A DNA stretch of 64,000 nt, from assembly GCA_964621445.1 (NCBI GenBank), contig CAZUNO010000013.1, positions 1-64,000 on the forward strand, given 5' to 3'. The position numbers and the translations under genes are program-made. The stretch is from Candidatus Hadarchaeota archaeon. GTDB taxonomy: Archaea; CAYQAE01; CAYVLA01. Below the pieces are notes generated by a model. That model made no database searches and was not told where the DNA came from. It worked only from the letters and a program-made list of their open reading frames with translations. Positions 28,293 through 38,003 of this stretch are shown piece after piece. Numbering within the stretch: the stretch's first letter is position 1; each line of letters starts with the position of its first letter.

Positions 28293-29276
28293 ATGCCGGA
28301 TATTATCAGGACTGGTATCGTAGGTTTTGGCGGCATGGGACAGGGTCATGCTAGGACGGTTTCGGATAACCCTGGAATGGATCTAGTGGGAGTCGCTGAC
28401 CCCAGCCCTAAGACCCATAAATTAGCGGAGGATTTCGGGGTTATTGCCTTTAAAAACTACGACGAGCTGATCGAAAAGGAGAACCCCCAGGCAATCATAG
28501 TGGCCTCTCCCTCCAATACCCATGGAGAGGTGGTAATGAAATGTTGTCAAGTCGGAATACATGTTTTCTGCGAGAAGCCCTTTACAACCACATTCCAGGA
28601 ATCCATAGAAGTAAGGGATGCCGTCAAGTCGTCCGACATAGTCTTTACCATAGGATTGGTCCTCAGACATACGGAAACCTACGGAAGGGCAAAAGAGATG
28701 GTATCCCAGGGTCTTCTAGGCGGGATTGGAATGGCCGATTGCCGGTACTCCGGGAACCTTTTGGGACGATATGAATACGTATTTTCAAAAAACCTGGGAA
28801 GGGGCCTCATCAATGAGCACACCATTCACATGATCGATGCCATGGAGTATATCCTGGGACCGGTAGAATCGGTGCTGGCCACCACCGACGCCTCCAAAAT
28901 GCATACTGAATACAACGCGGCCATGATCCTCAAGCATAGGAGCGGTTCCTTTACCTCCATAACCGCCAGCGGAGTATCGACGCTATCAAGCCATGCCTGG
29001 ATCACCGGTCAAGACCTGGAGATTCTGATCGAAAATAATACGGATCTTCTAACCAGAGAGGATGGGGAAGAGAAAAAAATTCTATCAACAAATCTGGGCT
29101 ACGACAGGGAGATCGAGGACTTCAGGCGATCCATCGTTAGCGGTAAAAAGCCACTAACCGGGATAGACGAGGCCTTCGCCTCCTCACGTCTAATCGAAGC
29201 TATCTACAGGTCTTCGGAAAACGGGGAACAGGTAGAGCCCCTGGAACTGGAATCCCAGGCAGCTCTGGACGAATGA
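28293..29276 (+). CDS. Gfo/Idh/MocA-family oxidoreductase
   Basis: GFGGMGQGH, PSNTH, CEKP, EHTIHMID. Confidence 0.9.
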   Translation: MPDIIRTGIVGFGGMGQGHARTVSDNPGMDLVGVADPSPKTHKLAEDFGVIAFKNYDELIEKENPQAIIVASPSNTHGEVVMKCCQVGIHVFCEKPFTTTFQESIEVRDAVKSSDIVFTIGLVLRHTETYGRAKEMVSQGLLGGIGMADCRYSGNLLGRYEYVFSKNLGRGLINEHTIHMIDAMEYILGPVESVLATTDASKMHTEYNAAMILKHRSGSFTSITASGVSTLSSHAWITGQDLEILIENNTDLLTREDGEEKKILSTNLGYDREIEDFRRSIVSGKKPLTGIDEAFASSRLIEAIYRSSENGEQVEPLELESQAALDE

Positions 29277-29296
29277 TTAACCTTTAATCCCGGAAA

Positions 29297-30148
29297 CTAG
29301 GTTTTGGGCTTCATGTAATTCTTCATGAAGCTCTCCATTTTCCCATTCTTGTAGACCCTGATCAACTCAAGCATTCCGTTATGGGCAGGGATTGTCGTGC
29401 CTTTCAGGGAGAAGATCACGAACAGTCTGTCGTCCTTCTCCACCTCCTCGAACTTCACGGTACCGTACATGGGGGCTTCCATGATCTGTTCGTATTTTCC
29501 TTCAACCTCTATCTCGCTGACCGCCCTGTAACGTTGGGACTGGTTGTTATGGGTCAAAGTAAGGTCCACAATGGTCCGGTTGCGGTTGAAGAAGTAGTCC
29601 GAGACACCCTCGAAATAGTAGAATACGGAGCCGTTGGTTTGGTTGAGCCAAACCACATAGGTGGAGGTGGCGCCCAATCCTGCCTTTCCGGGAGCGCTTG
29701 CCTTTAGAACATCGGTGAAGTCATACATATACATGTCGAATTCGTATGTACGGCTCTGGTTTCTCCACTCAACCGTCCCGTTCCACATGTCCGGATCCGC
29801 ACCTATGTATCGGGCCTGATCCATCATTCTGTTTATCTTGGCCAGGTTCATTATGGTCTCTTCATGGGTATCCCCGGTGGTGACATTGCTATCCAGGTAC
29901 GCAATATCCTCATCCCGAATCTTCTTGAGGGTATTGTACCTCACTTTCACCTGTTCAAGCGGCCTTCTGCTTATCATGCTCAACACGAAAGCATACTTCT
30001 GCTCCATTGTCGAGAGTGTGGAGGGGTACTCGTTCCTCAGTATGGTCACATCCTCCTCCGCGCTCTCACCAATGATGAACAGGGTTATCAGTGTCGAGAG
30101 CACGATTGCAATACCTATTACGCCGACAAGACTTCTATCAACCTTCAT
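29297..30148 (-). CDS. Hypothetical N-terminally anchored protein, paralog family A (copy 1)
   Basis: N-terminal TM; shares NEYP, YFEGxSDxF, LT..HN, AP..G, V.KDD and IRVY..G with 31460-32317 and 43274-44101. Confidence 0.8.
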   Translation of the reverse strand: MKVDRSLVGVIGIAIVLSTLITLFIIGESAEEDVTILRNEYPSTLSTMEQKYAFVLSMISRRPLEQVKVRYNTLKKIRDEDIAYLDSNVTTGDTHEETIMNLAKINRMMDQARYIGADPDMWNGTVEWRNQSRTYEFDMYMYDFTDVLKASAPGKAGLGATSTYVVWLNQTNGSVFYYFEGVSDYFFNRNRTIVDLTLTHNNQSQRYRAVSEIEVEGKYEQIMEAPMYGTVKFEEVEKDDRLFVIFSLKGTTIPAHNGMLELIRVYKNGKMESFMKNYMKPKT

Positions 30149-30196
30149 TCTTGTCCCAACCTATCCTCATCAATTCGATGAATAATTGCCACCAAA

Positions 30197-31315
30197 CTAT
30201 TCTTCCCCTTCAGCGGCTTCTTCCACTTCCTGATCCCTCTCCCTGGCAGGGACGATGAAGCAGAAGTAGGAGATTATGGCTATCAGTATTACTCCCACCA
30301 CTATCAGCAGCACTGACCTCATCAGACTGGAGCTCTTTTCCTGCTGTTGGCTTTCCTCAACCTCCTCCTGTAGCTGCTTCTCCTCTTCCTCCATCTGCTC
30401 GAACTTCTCTTCAGCATGGGCCATAGAATCCTCGTACTTGTTTTCCTGTTCCCATGCGTAGTATATGGAGTTCTGCAATATCTTCCGGAAGTTCTCGTCC
30501 TGGAGGAAGTTGCTGAAGTGCGTGGGGTCCTCCTCCTTCGTCGAAATCATGTCCGTTCCCGCAAAGGTAATCGAGGTTCCATTTCTCTCGTAAACGACCA
30601 CCAAGGGGGCGCCCAGTTCCTGATCCTCATAAACCATGGTGTAATCGCCCTCCTCAGGCATGAGATGGGTAAATTCCTTGGTGCTCTCATTCAGGTGGGC
30701 AACGAATCTTTTGTCCTGAAGCGAGAACTCGTCAGCAACCCCTTCCGTGATCTGATGGTCATCTGCCTCCACATAGAATGTTCTTCTGACCATTTCACGA
30801 ACCTCGTTCTCCTCACACCTGGGGATTTCAACTACCCTCGTCTCCCCGGTTTCCGTATTACGGCAAATGAATGTGGGGCTCACCGATTGGTATGAAGTGC
30901 CGAAGATGGGGAATATGGTCCCGTTCAATTCTAGGGTAATGTCCTCATGTCCCACGCTTCCCATACCAACTATTGAACCCCCCTGATTGAAGTACCACTC
31001 CAGGGCGGGAACCATCCTCTCAGCATTAAGCTCCCATGTCGTCAGGGCAACGACCACGCACTTGACCTGGGGGAAATAGAGCAGGGTATTCATGAGATCC
31101 TGGTTCCCCACCAGCACGATTTCCGCTTTGCCCGAAAGTCTGGAATCGGCCTCAATAAGGTCCTGCAGGGCCTCACCATAAAGACTGAGGTCCTGATCGC
31201 CCTTTTTCGGCCCATGATAAATCAAGATCACGGGCTTTTCCTCCTGAGCCAGGAGCACAGGAGAAACCATTACGACCGCGAGCATTCCAATGATAAGTAG
31301 TCCCGACTTGTGCAT
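30197..31315 (-). CDS. Hypothetical exported ThuA/GATase1-like protein with coiled-coil stalk and C-terminal TM, paralog family B (copy 1)
   Basis: Signal peptide, PVILIY, YFNQGGSIVG, HQITEG, GAPLVV, NFRKILQNSI, Glu/Gln-rich coil, TM. Confidence 0.75.
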   Translation of the reverse strand: MHKSGLLIIGMLAVVMVSPVLLAQEEKPVILIYHGPKKGDQDLSLYGEALQDLIEADSRLSGKAEIVLVGNQDLMNTLLYFPQVKCVVVALTTWELNAERMVPALEWYFNQGGSIVGMGSVGHEDITLELNGTIFPIFGTSYQSVSPTFICRNTETGETRVVEIPRCEENEVREMVRRTFYVEADDHQITEGVADEFSLQDKRFVAHLNESTKEFTHLMPEEGDYTMVYEDQELGAPLVVVYERNGTSITFAGTDMISTKEEDPTHFSNFLQDENFRKILQNSIYYAWEQENKYEDSMAHAEEKFEQMEEEEKQLQEEVEESQQQEKSSSLMRSVLLIVVGVILIAIISYFCFIVPARERDQEVEEAAEGEE

Positions 31316-31459
31316 CTAATTCACCAATCACTACGCACTTCCTATGTAATGGCGAAGGCCCCATATTTAAACTTTTTTATCCCACCAATACGCAAAAGCA
31401 ATTTATAGGAGTAAATATAGAGTTCTTCCTACAGGAAAACACTCCAGGAGAGAAAAAAT

Positions 31460-32317
31460 ATGGTGGAAGTTGACAAAAGGGTAATCGGCCTGGCACTCTT
31501 GTCAGTTATCCTATCAACCCTAATTATGATCACGATTGCCGGCGAAGATATAGAACAACCAGTTGAGATACTGAAGAACGAGTACCCAAGGAAGCTCGGT
31601 GGTCGGAAGACGACCTTTAGTTTTGCCATGGTTTCCAGGGAAAAGTTTGAAAATGTCGAGATGAGGTTCGCCATGCTGAGCCGGGAGTCCCTGAGGGCCG
31701 CAGATATGATTGACCCCCAGAAAGAGTTTAACGTTACTGATTCACCCCAGGATGTCCTGGATAACGTGGTAAAATTCGACTGGCTCATGAACCAGACCTC
31801 CCTGCTGGGAATAGAGGCGGAGAAATTCGAACGTGAATTCCAGTTCCAGGGAGTGCAGGGGGATATGGTACTGTATGACTATACTGCTATCTTAGGATCT
31901 CTCTCCGGCCAGGAGATAGCCGTCTCCGTTCCCCTGCTATACGCAGCGATAATTGACGAGAATGGATACAGTTACTATTTTGAGGGAAAATCGGACTTTT
32001 TCTACGAACCGGAAATGAACCTCGTCTCCCTCACCACATCCCATAACGAAAACGAAACCAGCTATCTGCCCGAGGATCAGGCCTGGGGAGACGTCAAGTT
32101 ACCGATTTCGGAAGCCCCGACCGGGGTTCTGGAATACAGATCGGTGGATAAGGACGACACCTTCAGCGTCATATTCACCGTGGAAATGACGGAAAGCCCC
32201 CCTGGATTCTCCATCCCCATTAAGGAGGAGGAAATGAACTTGGTTCTGATCCAAGTCATTAGGGCCTACCTGGACGGGGAGCTGTTCGAGGATCCAATAT
32301 TCAATTTGATTGAGTGA
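31460..32317 (+). CDS. Hypothetical N-terminally anchored protein, paralog family A (copy 2)
   Basis: MVEVDKR-TM, ILKNEYP, YFEGKSDFF, LTTSHNE, EAPTG, VDKDD, QVIRAYLDG. Confidence 0.8.
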   Translation: MVEVDKRVIGLALLSVILSTLIMITIAGEDIEQPVEILKNEYPRKLGGRKTTFSFAMVSREKFENVEMRFAMLSRESLRAADMIDPQKEFNVTDSPQDVLDNVVKFDWLMNQTSLLGIEAEKFEREFQFQGVQGDMVLYDYTAILGSLSGQEIAVSVPLLYAAIIDENGYSYYFEGKSDFFYEPEMNLVSLTTSHNENETSYLPEDQAWGDVKLPISEAPTGVLEYRSVDKDDTFSVIFTVEMTESPPGFSIPIKEEEMNLVLIQVIRAYLDGELFEDPIFNLIE

Positions 32318-32331
32318 TTGAGGTGATATCG

Positions 32332-33306
32332 ATGAAACGTTTGACGGCTCTGTTGGTTGCTTCTGTGTTGCTTTCGGTACTACCTGTATATGCACAATCC
32401 GAAGAGGTTAGACCGGTTATTTTGGTATATACCGGGATCGATCAGGGTTTTGCAGAGATGCTGGCACCCCTGATAGAGGAGAATGAGGATATAGATAGCG
32501 AGGTACAGGTGGTGACATCGCCTGAAACGCTTAGTATAGCCGCGGCCTTACCCCAGACCGAGTGCATAATCATATACGCCTCAAACGAGGCTGAACTCGA
32601 GGGGCTGGAAGACGCCATTACGACCTTCTTCCTGCAGGGCGGTGGAGTTATAGGCATTAGGGATGCATGCTACGAGCCCTATGCCGGCAAACTGGCAACC
32701 GAGGTTTTCCCGACTCATGCTAATGAGTCCAAAAGACAGATGAGCCCCAGGGAAACCCGGGCCAGGACCTATGTGAAGCAGGAGGACACCAGCCTCACTG
32801 AGGGTCTTCCAGAGAAATTTGATCTCATCAGCATGGGGACCTATTACCCGGCCGATTCAGAGGGCAACTATCTTGAAAGCATCGATCAGGATAAACACAT
32901 CCCCTATAAGGATGAGGAGATCGGCTCGCCGCTGGTAATAGCTAACGACAATGAAAATGGAGGCAAATCCATAGGTCTCCCTGGTATATGGACCATAGGC
33001 AACTCACGTGTGGATGTCTACTACGGCAACCTCGTTGCCCAGGAGGAATTCCAGACCCTGTTCAGTAACATAGTGCAATGGACGGCGAAGGAAAGCTCTA
33101 GATTTAGGGATATTGAGGAAGGCCTCGAGGAGAAGATCGAAGAGGCCAAGGGCAAGGCCGAAAGACTGAAGGAAGAGGCCGAAGAGGCTCGTAGGAAGGA
33201 GGAAACCCAGAGATTGATCTTCTTGATAGGTGTATGGGCTGCAGGCCTTATCGTCTGCGGAGTGATAGTAAAGAAGATGATCCTGGTGCCTATAGAGCCT
33301 GAGTGA
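32332..33306 (+). CDS. Hypothetical exported ThuA/GATase1-like protein with coiled-coil stalk and C-terminal TM, paralog family B (copy 2)
   Basis: ATG at 32332 after GAGGTG; signal peptide, PVILVY, FFLQGGGVIG, SLTEG, GSPLVI, EFQTLFSNIV, coil, TM. Confidence 0.75.
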   Translation: MKRLTALLVASVLLSVLPVYAQSEEVRPVILVYTGIDQGFAEMLAPLIEENEDIDSEVQVVTSPETLSIAAALPQTECIIIYASNEAELEGLEDAITTFFLQGGGVIGIRDACYEPYAGKLATEVFPTHANESKRQMSPRETRARTYVKQEDTSLTEGLPEKFDLISMGTYYPADSEGNYLESIDQDKHIPYKDEEIGSPLVIANDNENGGKSIGLPGIWTIGNSRVDVYYGNLVAQEEFQTLFSNIVQWTAKESSRFRDIEEGLEEKIEEAKGKAERLKEEAEEARRKEETQRLIFLIGVWAAGLIVCGVIVKKMILVPIEPE

Positions 33307-33343
33307 AGGGGTTTACTGGTAAAGGCTAGTTAATTACCCGGAT

Positions 33344-34234
33344 TCACTCGCTGAGGCTATCGGCCAAGAGCTGGTCTATAGATACAACCCGCACACTACT
33401 GGGGACTGTATCGGTCCCAATTACCTCTAAAGCTCCCGCCTGGTGAATTAGACTAAGCGCTCCCCCGATTAGCAGGGGGTGGGTACACGCAGCAATGGTC
33501 ATCTTCGCCCCTGCCTGTTTTGCCAGGGAAATGGCCTCTGCCATTGTTCCCCCTGTGCTGATGATATCATCGGCGATTACCACGTCCCTTCCCTTAACCT
33601 CCAGGTCTCCAGCAGATATCTCAACATCCTCGGGGCCCTTTCTAACCTTTTTCATGACCGTGAAGTCAGCGTCTATCTCTTTGGCCATGGCCCTGGCCCA
33701 CTGTTTCGCTTCCTCGTCAGGGGCGACAACCACCGGTTCGTCGAGGGAATAGTTATTGAGTATGAAATCCCCAATTAAGGGCATTGCCGTCAGGTTATGG
33801 CATTCTATATTGAACATCTTGGCGACATCCGCAACCCGATGTAGGTGAATATCAACGGTATACAGTTCCTCCAGTCCCGAGAATTCCAGTAGCTTGCTGA
33901 CAACCCGGAAACTGACCACCTCTCCCGACTTGAAACTCACATCCTGCCTGGAGTATGCAAAATAAGGAATAACACCCCGTATTTTTGCAGCTCCAAGTTC
34001 GGAAAGGGTATCCGTGAGAAATAGCATCTCCATTAGTAGGTTATCAGGCTGAAATCCCATGGTTTGTATCAGTATTACTTCCTCGTTCTCAACTGGAGTG
34101 TGGATTCGAAGGTATTTTTCTCCATCAGGGAAGGTCTTTATCTCAACGTTGCCAAATGTGGCGTTCATCTTGTGGGCAACCCGGGCTGCTAGACCTTGAG
34201 AGCCAGAACCGCCGATTACAATCGGACCAGACAT
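33344..34234 (-). CDS. prs: Ribose-phosphate pyrophosphokinase
   Basis: FPDGEKY, PYFAYSRQD, VAPD, DDIISTGGT, CTHP, TDTV. Confidence 0.93.
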   Translation of the reverse strand: MSGPIVIGGSGSQGLAARVAHKMNATFGNVEIKTFPDGEKYLRIHTPVENEEVILIQTMGFQPDNLLMEMLFLTDTLSELGAAKIRGVIPYFAYSRQDVSFKSGEVVSFRVVSKLLEFSGLEELYTVDIHLHRVADVAKMFNIECHNLTAMPLIGDFILNNYSLDEPVVVAPDEEAKQWARAMAKEIDADFTVMKKVRKGPEDVEISAGDLEVKGRDVVIADDIISTGGTMAEAISLAKQAGAKMTIAACTHPLLIGGALSLIHQAGALEVIGTDTVPSSVRVVSIDQLLADSLSE

Positions 34235-34324
34235 ATAGGATATTCTCTTCTGGGTCAATATAAAGGTATTCGGGACTTAATAATCTTGAAAAATTAGCCC
34301 GGGTGTTATCAAGCAAGACCCTTC

Positions 34325-35665
34325 TTACTCAAGCTGGTCCCTGATCCTGGTCTGGGATTTGAGGGAGATCACTCCACCGATCGCTATCAGTACCACCGAT
34401 ACGTAATAACCTCCGAATACGATCTGCCTGGTCATTACTATGAATGGGAGAGCAAATAGGAAGAGGCCGATCATCACTCCACCGCCGTATGATTTACCGG
34501 GCTTAAAATAGGATAAAAAGGCTCCCAGGAGCCCGCAACAGGCAAATATGAGGCTCACCGAGAGCAGAGTTCCACCAAAAAAGGAAACCTCGGTTGCCAC
34601 GGGCAAGAGGTCGGCATTTATCATCAACCATGTGTAGGAACCGAGCGCTAAACCGGCACCCAGAAGCCCCAGGGCCACCACGACCTTGTGATCGATGGTC
34701 GGAAGTACCTCTGCCTCCCGGTAAACTGGTTTGGAGACCTGAGCAGGCTTCAGCCCCAGAACCCGATCAATATAGGGCAGCCGACCGAAGATCCTGACCC
34801 CTTCACGCTCTGAGTAATGCATCAGATAGGGTTTGCCGTAGTATTCTATCCGCATCACCTTGTCCGATAGCCTGATTGGTCTCCCGCAGTAAGCGCATAT
34901 GCCCCCCTCCCCCGAAGCGTCCTCGATACCCTCCACAAAACGGGAAACTGAGAGAAGCTTGCTACCTTTGGATGTTATGGTTATGCTCCCCCCGCTCACC
35001 CTGAGAACTCCCTGATCCATAAGGTCGGATAGGACCTCATCCATGGAAACCTCCGGCTCTTCCGCGAAAAACTCGGAAAGCTGATTCTTGGTAAAACTTC
35101 TGCCGTACTTGTGCCTAGCTTCTATCAGTGGCTGAACCGAGTGCGTTATCTCTCTGACTTCCTTGGCCTTCGCCTTGGACAGTGGGCTGAGCATGGTGAA
35201 TTGTTCCAGGTATATATCCCTGCCTAAAGCGATTCCCAGAAGGCCAAGCACTAGCGATGCGGCAGTGGTCATCAAGCTGTCGGGATCGAATAAAGATTTG
35301 GCGACCCTCGTCAGGGCGGTTTCCAATGCAGTTCCCTTGACCAGCAGGGAGGAGGTACCGGCTAAAAGTATTCCACCAATGAAGGCCACGGAGCATATGA
35401 GCCATAGCGTCACTCCCTGTTTAGTCTGAAAACTTATGTCCTTGCTATCTAGATCCTGGGAGAAATAGTATCCCGCTGCAGTTCCTGCAACCAGATGAGC
35501 GGCCAGAATGAGATATGAACGGAGCATGGCAAAGGGAGGGAAAAGATATCCAATTAAAACAAAAATTGCCATTATTAGGAAGGCGTAGCCGCCATTTCTG
35601 ACATAGCCCTTTCTTAGAAGCAGGGCTCGTTCCTCTGAGGAAAGGTTGCTCTCGGGAGAGGACAT
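34325..35665 (-). CDS. Hypothetical membrane protein with central winged-helix-like and CxxC segment
   Basis: About 4 N-terminal TMs, soluble region (LSDLMDQGVL...ITITSKG; CAYCGRPI...H), about 4 C-terminal TMs. Confidence 0.7.
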   Translation of the reverse strand: MSSPESNLSSEERALLLRKGYVRNGGYAFLIMAIFVLIGYLFPPFAMLRSYLILAAHLVAGTAAGYYFSQDLDSKDISFQTKQGVTLWLICSVAFIGGILLAGTSSLLVKGTALETALTRVAKSLFDPDSLMTTAASLVLGLLGIALGRDIYLEQFTMLSPLSKAKAKEVREITHSVQPLIEARHKYGRSFTKNQLSEFFAEEPEVSMDEVLSDLMDQGVLRVSGGSITITSKGSKLLSVSRFVEGIEDASGEGGICAYCGRPIRLSDKVMRIEYYGKPYLMHYSEREGVRIFGRLPYIDRVLGLKPAQVSKPVYREAEVLPTIDHKVVVALGLLGAGLALGSYTWLMINADLLPVATEVSFFGGTLLSVSLIFACCGLLGAFLSYFKPGKSYGGGVMIGLFLFALPFIVMTRQIVFGGYYVSVVLIAIGGVISLKSQTRIRDQLE

Positions 35666-35855
35666 CCAACCAGAGCCTCTGGCCGAAATTGTCTTAAATG
35701 TATCGGGATATTACTTCAATGTCTAATTTCCTACCTTCCAATGGATAAAATCAGGCTCAGCCTGGAAATACAATTCGATCATCATATTTCAAAGTAAAAG
35801 GGCTCAGGAATAGATTTACAAACTCCGCTGAGGTTCCTCTATACAAGGAGATCCC

Positions 35856-36728
35856 TTGAAAAATAGGCTTAAAATGGCCATCCCGACAGGAAGCTTACAA
35901 AAAGACGTACTTGACCTTCTGCGTGCCGCTGGATATGAAATGGAACTCCAGGAGCGTTCATATCGTCCGGACACAAATGACGACGAGCTCTGGGTGAAGA
36001 TGCTCAGGCCCCAGGAGATCCCCTCACTCATTGACAGAGGTGTATACGATCTTGGAATAAGCGGAATGGACTGGATCATGGAGACGGGATCGGACGTGGA
36101 GCGAATAATAGATCTAGGCATTGGGGGATTCACCATCGTGCTCGCCGTCTCGGAAGAATCCGATATGTTCAAGGTTGAGGATCTAAAGAACCTGGACCCG
36201 GCAAGGGTTTCCACCGAATATGTTAGTTTGGCCAAGTCCTATCTGGACGAGCAGGACATAACACGAGCATCAATACATTTCTCCTGGGGCGCAACCGAGG
36301 CCAAACCTCCCGAGGACGCGGACGCCATTATAGACGGCTTCCAGACGGGTACCACCCTGGAGCAGAATAGGCTAAGGATTCTAGATGATGTATTGGATTC
36401 AAGTGCCTGGCTTTTTGCTAACAAGGAGGCCCTAAAGGATGACTGGAAGAAGCAGAAGATTGAGGGGGTAAGGATAATGATCGCCGGGGCAATTCTGGCC
36501 AAGGGAAAGGTGCTCATTAAACTCAATGTTCCCGCACACAAGTTGAAGGAGATCGCAGATCTGGTTCCGGCGATGGAACAGCCAACGATTAGCGAACTTT
36601 ACGGGGAAGAATGGTACGCCCTGGAAACGGTGGTCGATGAAAAGGACCTCGTCCAACTTATTCCAAGGATGAAGATGGCGGGGGCAAAGGACATAATCGA
36701 ATATGACCTGAAGAAGGTAATACCCTAG
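35856..36728 (+). CDS. hisG: ATP phosphoribosyltransferase (long form)
   Basis: AIPTGSLQ, RPQEIP, DLGISG.DW, SWGATEAKPP, TGTTL..N.L, C-terminal PTIS.L regulatory domain. Confidence 0.93.
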   Translation: MKNRLKMAIPTGSLQKDVLDLLRAAGYEMELQERSYRPDTNDDELWVKMLRPQEIPSLIDRGVYDLGISGMDWIMETGSDVERIIDLGIGGFTIVLAVSEESDMFKVEDLKNLDPARVSTEYVSLAKSYLDEQDITRASIHFSWGATEAKPPEDADAIIDGFQTGTTLEQNRLRILDDVLDSSAWLFANKEALKDDWKKQKIEGVRIMIAGAILAKGKVLIKLNVPAHKLKEIADLVPAMEQPTISELYGEEWYALETVVDEKDLVQLIPRMKMAGAKDIIEYDLKKVIP

Positions 36729-36737
36729 GGTAGTGAT

Positions 36738-38003
36738 ATGTTGAGCGAAGACTATGACGTGGATAGGGAAAAGATATTGGACTGGCTGAGCATGGAGTTT
36801 GACGATGACTTGGGAGGTTACGTCAGCGATGAGACGGACCTTCCTCTCAGCCTATACTATGATGATGATGCTGAAGAGCTCTGCCTGCTAAATCAGGTAA
36901 AATTGCCGTATGAAGTTGATATGTGGCGGACGGGTGACTGGGAAGAGGGAGCCCAGAAGGGAATTGCCGGAATGATAACCCGGGGAAGCCAGGCAATAGG
37001 CGTCACCGGTGCCTACTGCATGCTTCTGGTGGCTGCCAAATATAAGGACGAAACGAAGAAGGGTACGGTTGAGAAGGTTCTTAAAGCCGCGGATAAGATA
37101 AAGGAAGCCAGACCAACGGCCGCCAACCTGACCTGGGCCGTGGACCGCATGTCTAAGGCAGCCAAGGATGCTCTTAAGACGGCCGGGAAGGTCTATATGC
37201 ACCTAAAGAACGAGGCAGACCTCATATTTGCCGAGGATATTTTCATCAGCAGGGCCCTGGCCGAGAACGGCACCCGACTGATAGATGACGGAGAGACCAT
37301 ACTTACCCATTGCAATGCTGGATCTCTGGCAACATCCTATGGTGGAAGTGCCCTGGGAATACTGGAGTATGCCTCATCACAGGGAAAGGAGGTGACCGTT
37401 GTCTCCAAGGAAACCCGTCCCAGATCTCAGGGATATAAGCTAACCCTCTGGGAACTATCGACCGCCGGGATACCGGTCGCTGCCGTTACCGACAACATGG
37501 TTTCCAGCAGTTTTGAGGAGTTTGGAATCGATCGTGTTCTGGTGGGGGCTGATCGAATCACCAAGGACGGTTGTGTGGCCAACAAGGTGGGAACCAAGGA
37601 CATAGCTAGGATGGTTGCCTTTAATCAGGTGCCCTTCATCGTGGCTGCGTCGTATTCAACCCTGGATCTTGAAAACGAGGGAGACGATATCCCCATAGAA
37701 CAGAGATCAACCGATGAAATCTCGCTTCCCTATCATTATGAGGCCCTAGCTAGGAAGAAGGATGGAGTCATAGCAGAGGACGGGCTGGAGTTCTGGCCTC
37801 CCAAAGAAATGGTCTCGGAGGAGCTTGAACCGGGCAAGATCATGCTGTTCAACCCCGCATTTGATGTCACTAGCTCTCGTCTAGTCAGCAATATCGTGCT
37901 AGAAATGGGGATTTACAGGCCGGAAAGAATTTCCACCCTGGACGAGGAAAAGATCCAAGAAAGCGTCTCAAAGATCATGGCCAAGTATATGGGGAAGATC
38001 TAG
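36738..38003 (+). CDS. mtnA: Methylthioribose-1-phosphate isomerase-like (eIF-2B/MtnA family)
   Basis: RGSQAIG, RPTAANL, THCNAGSLAT, ETRP..QG.KLT.WEL, GADRI, NKVGT, NPAFDVT; acidic N-terminal extension. Confidence 0.8.
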   Translation: MLSEDYDVDREKILDWLSMEFDDDLGGYVSDETDLPLSLYYDDDAEELCLLNQVKLPYEVDMWRTGDWEEGAQKGIAGMITRGSQAIGVTGAYCMLLVAAKYKDETKKGTVEKVLKAADKIKEARPTAANLTWAVDRMSKAAKDALKTAGKVYMHLKNEADLIFAEDIFISRALAENGTRLIDDGETILTHCNAGSLATSYGGSALGILEYASSQGKEVTVVSKETRPRSQGYKLTLWELSTAGIPVAAVTDNMVSSSFEEFGIDRVLVGADRITKDGCVANKVGTKDIARMVAFNQVPFIVAASYSTLDLENEGDDIPIEQRSTDEISLPYHYEALARKKDGVIAEDGLEFWPPKEMVSEELEPGKIMLFNPAFDVTSSRLVSNIVLEMGIYRPERISTLDEEKIQESVSKIMAKYMGKI

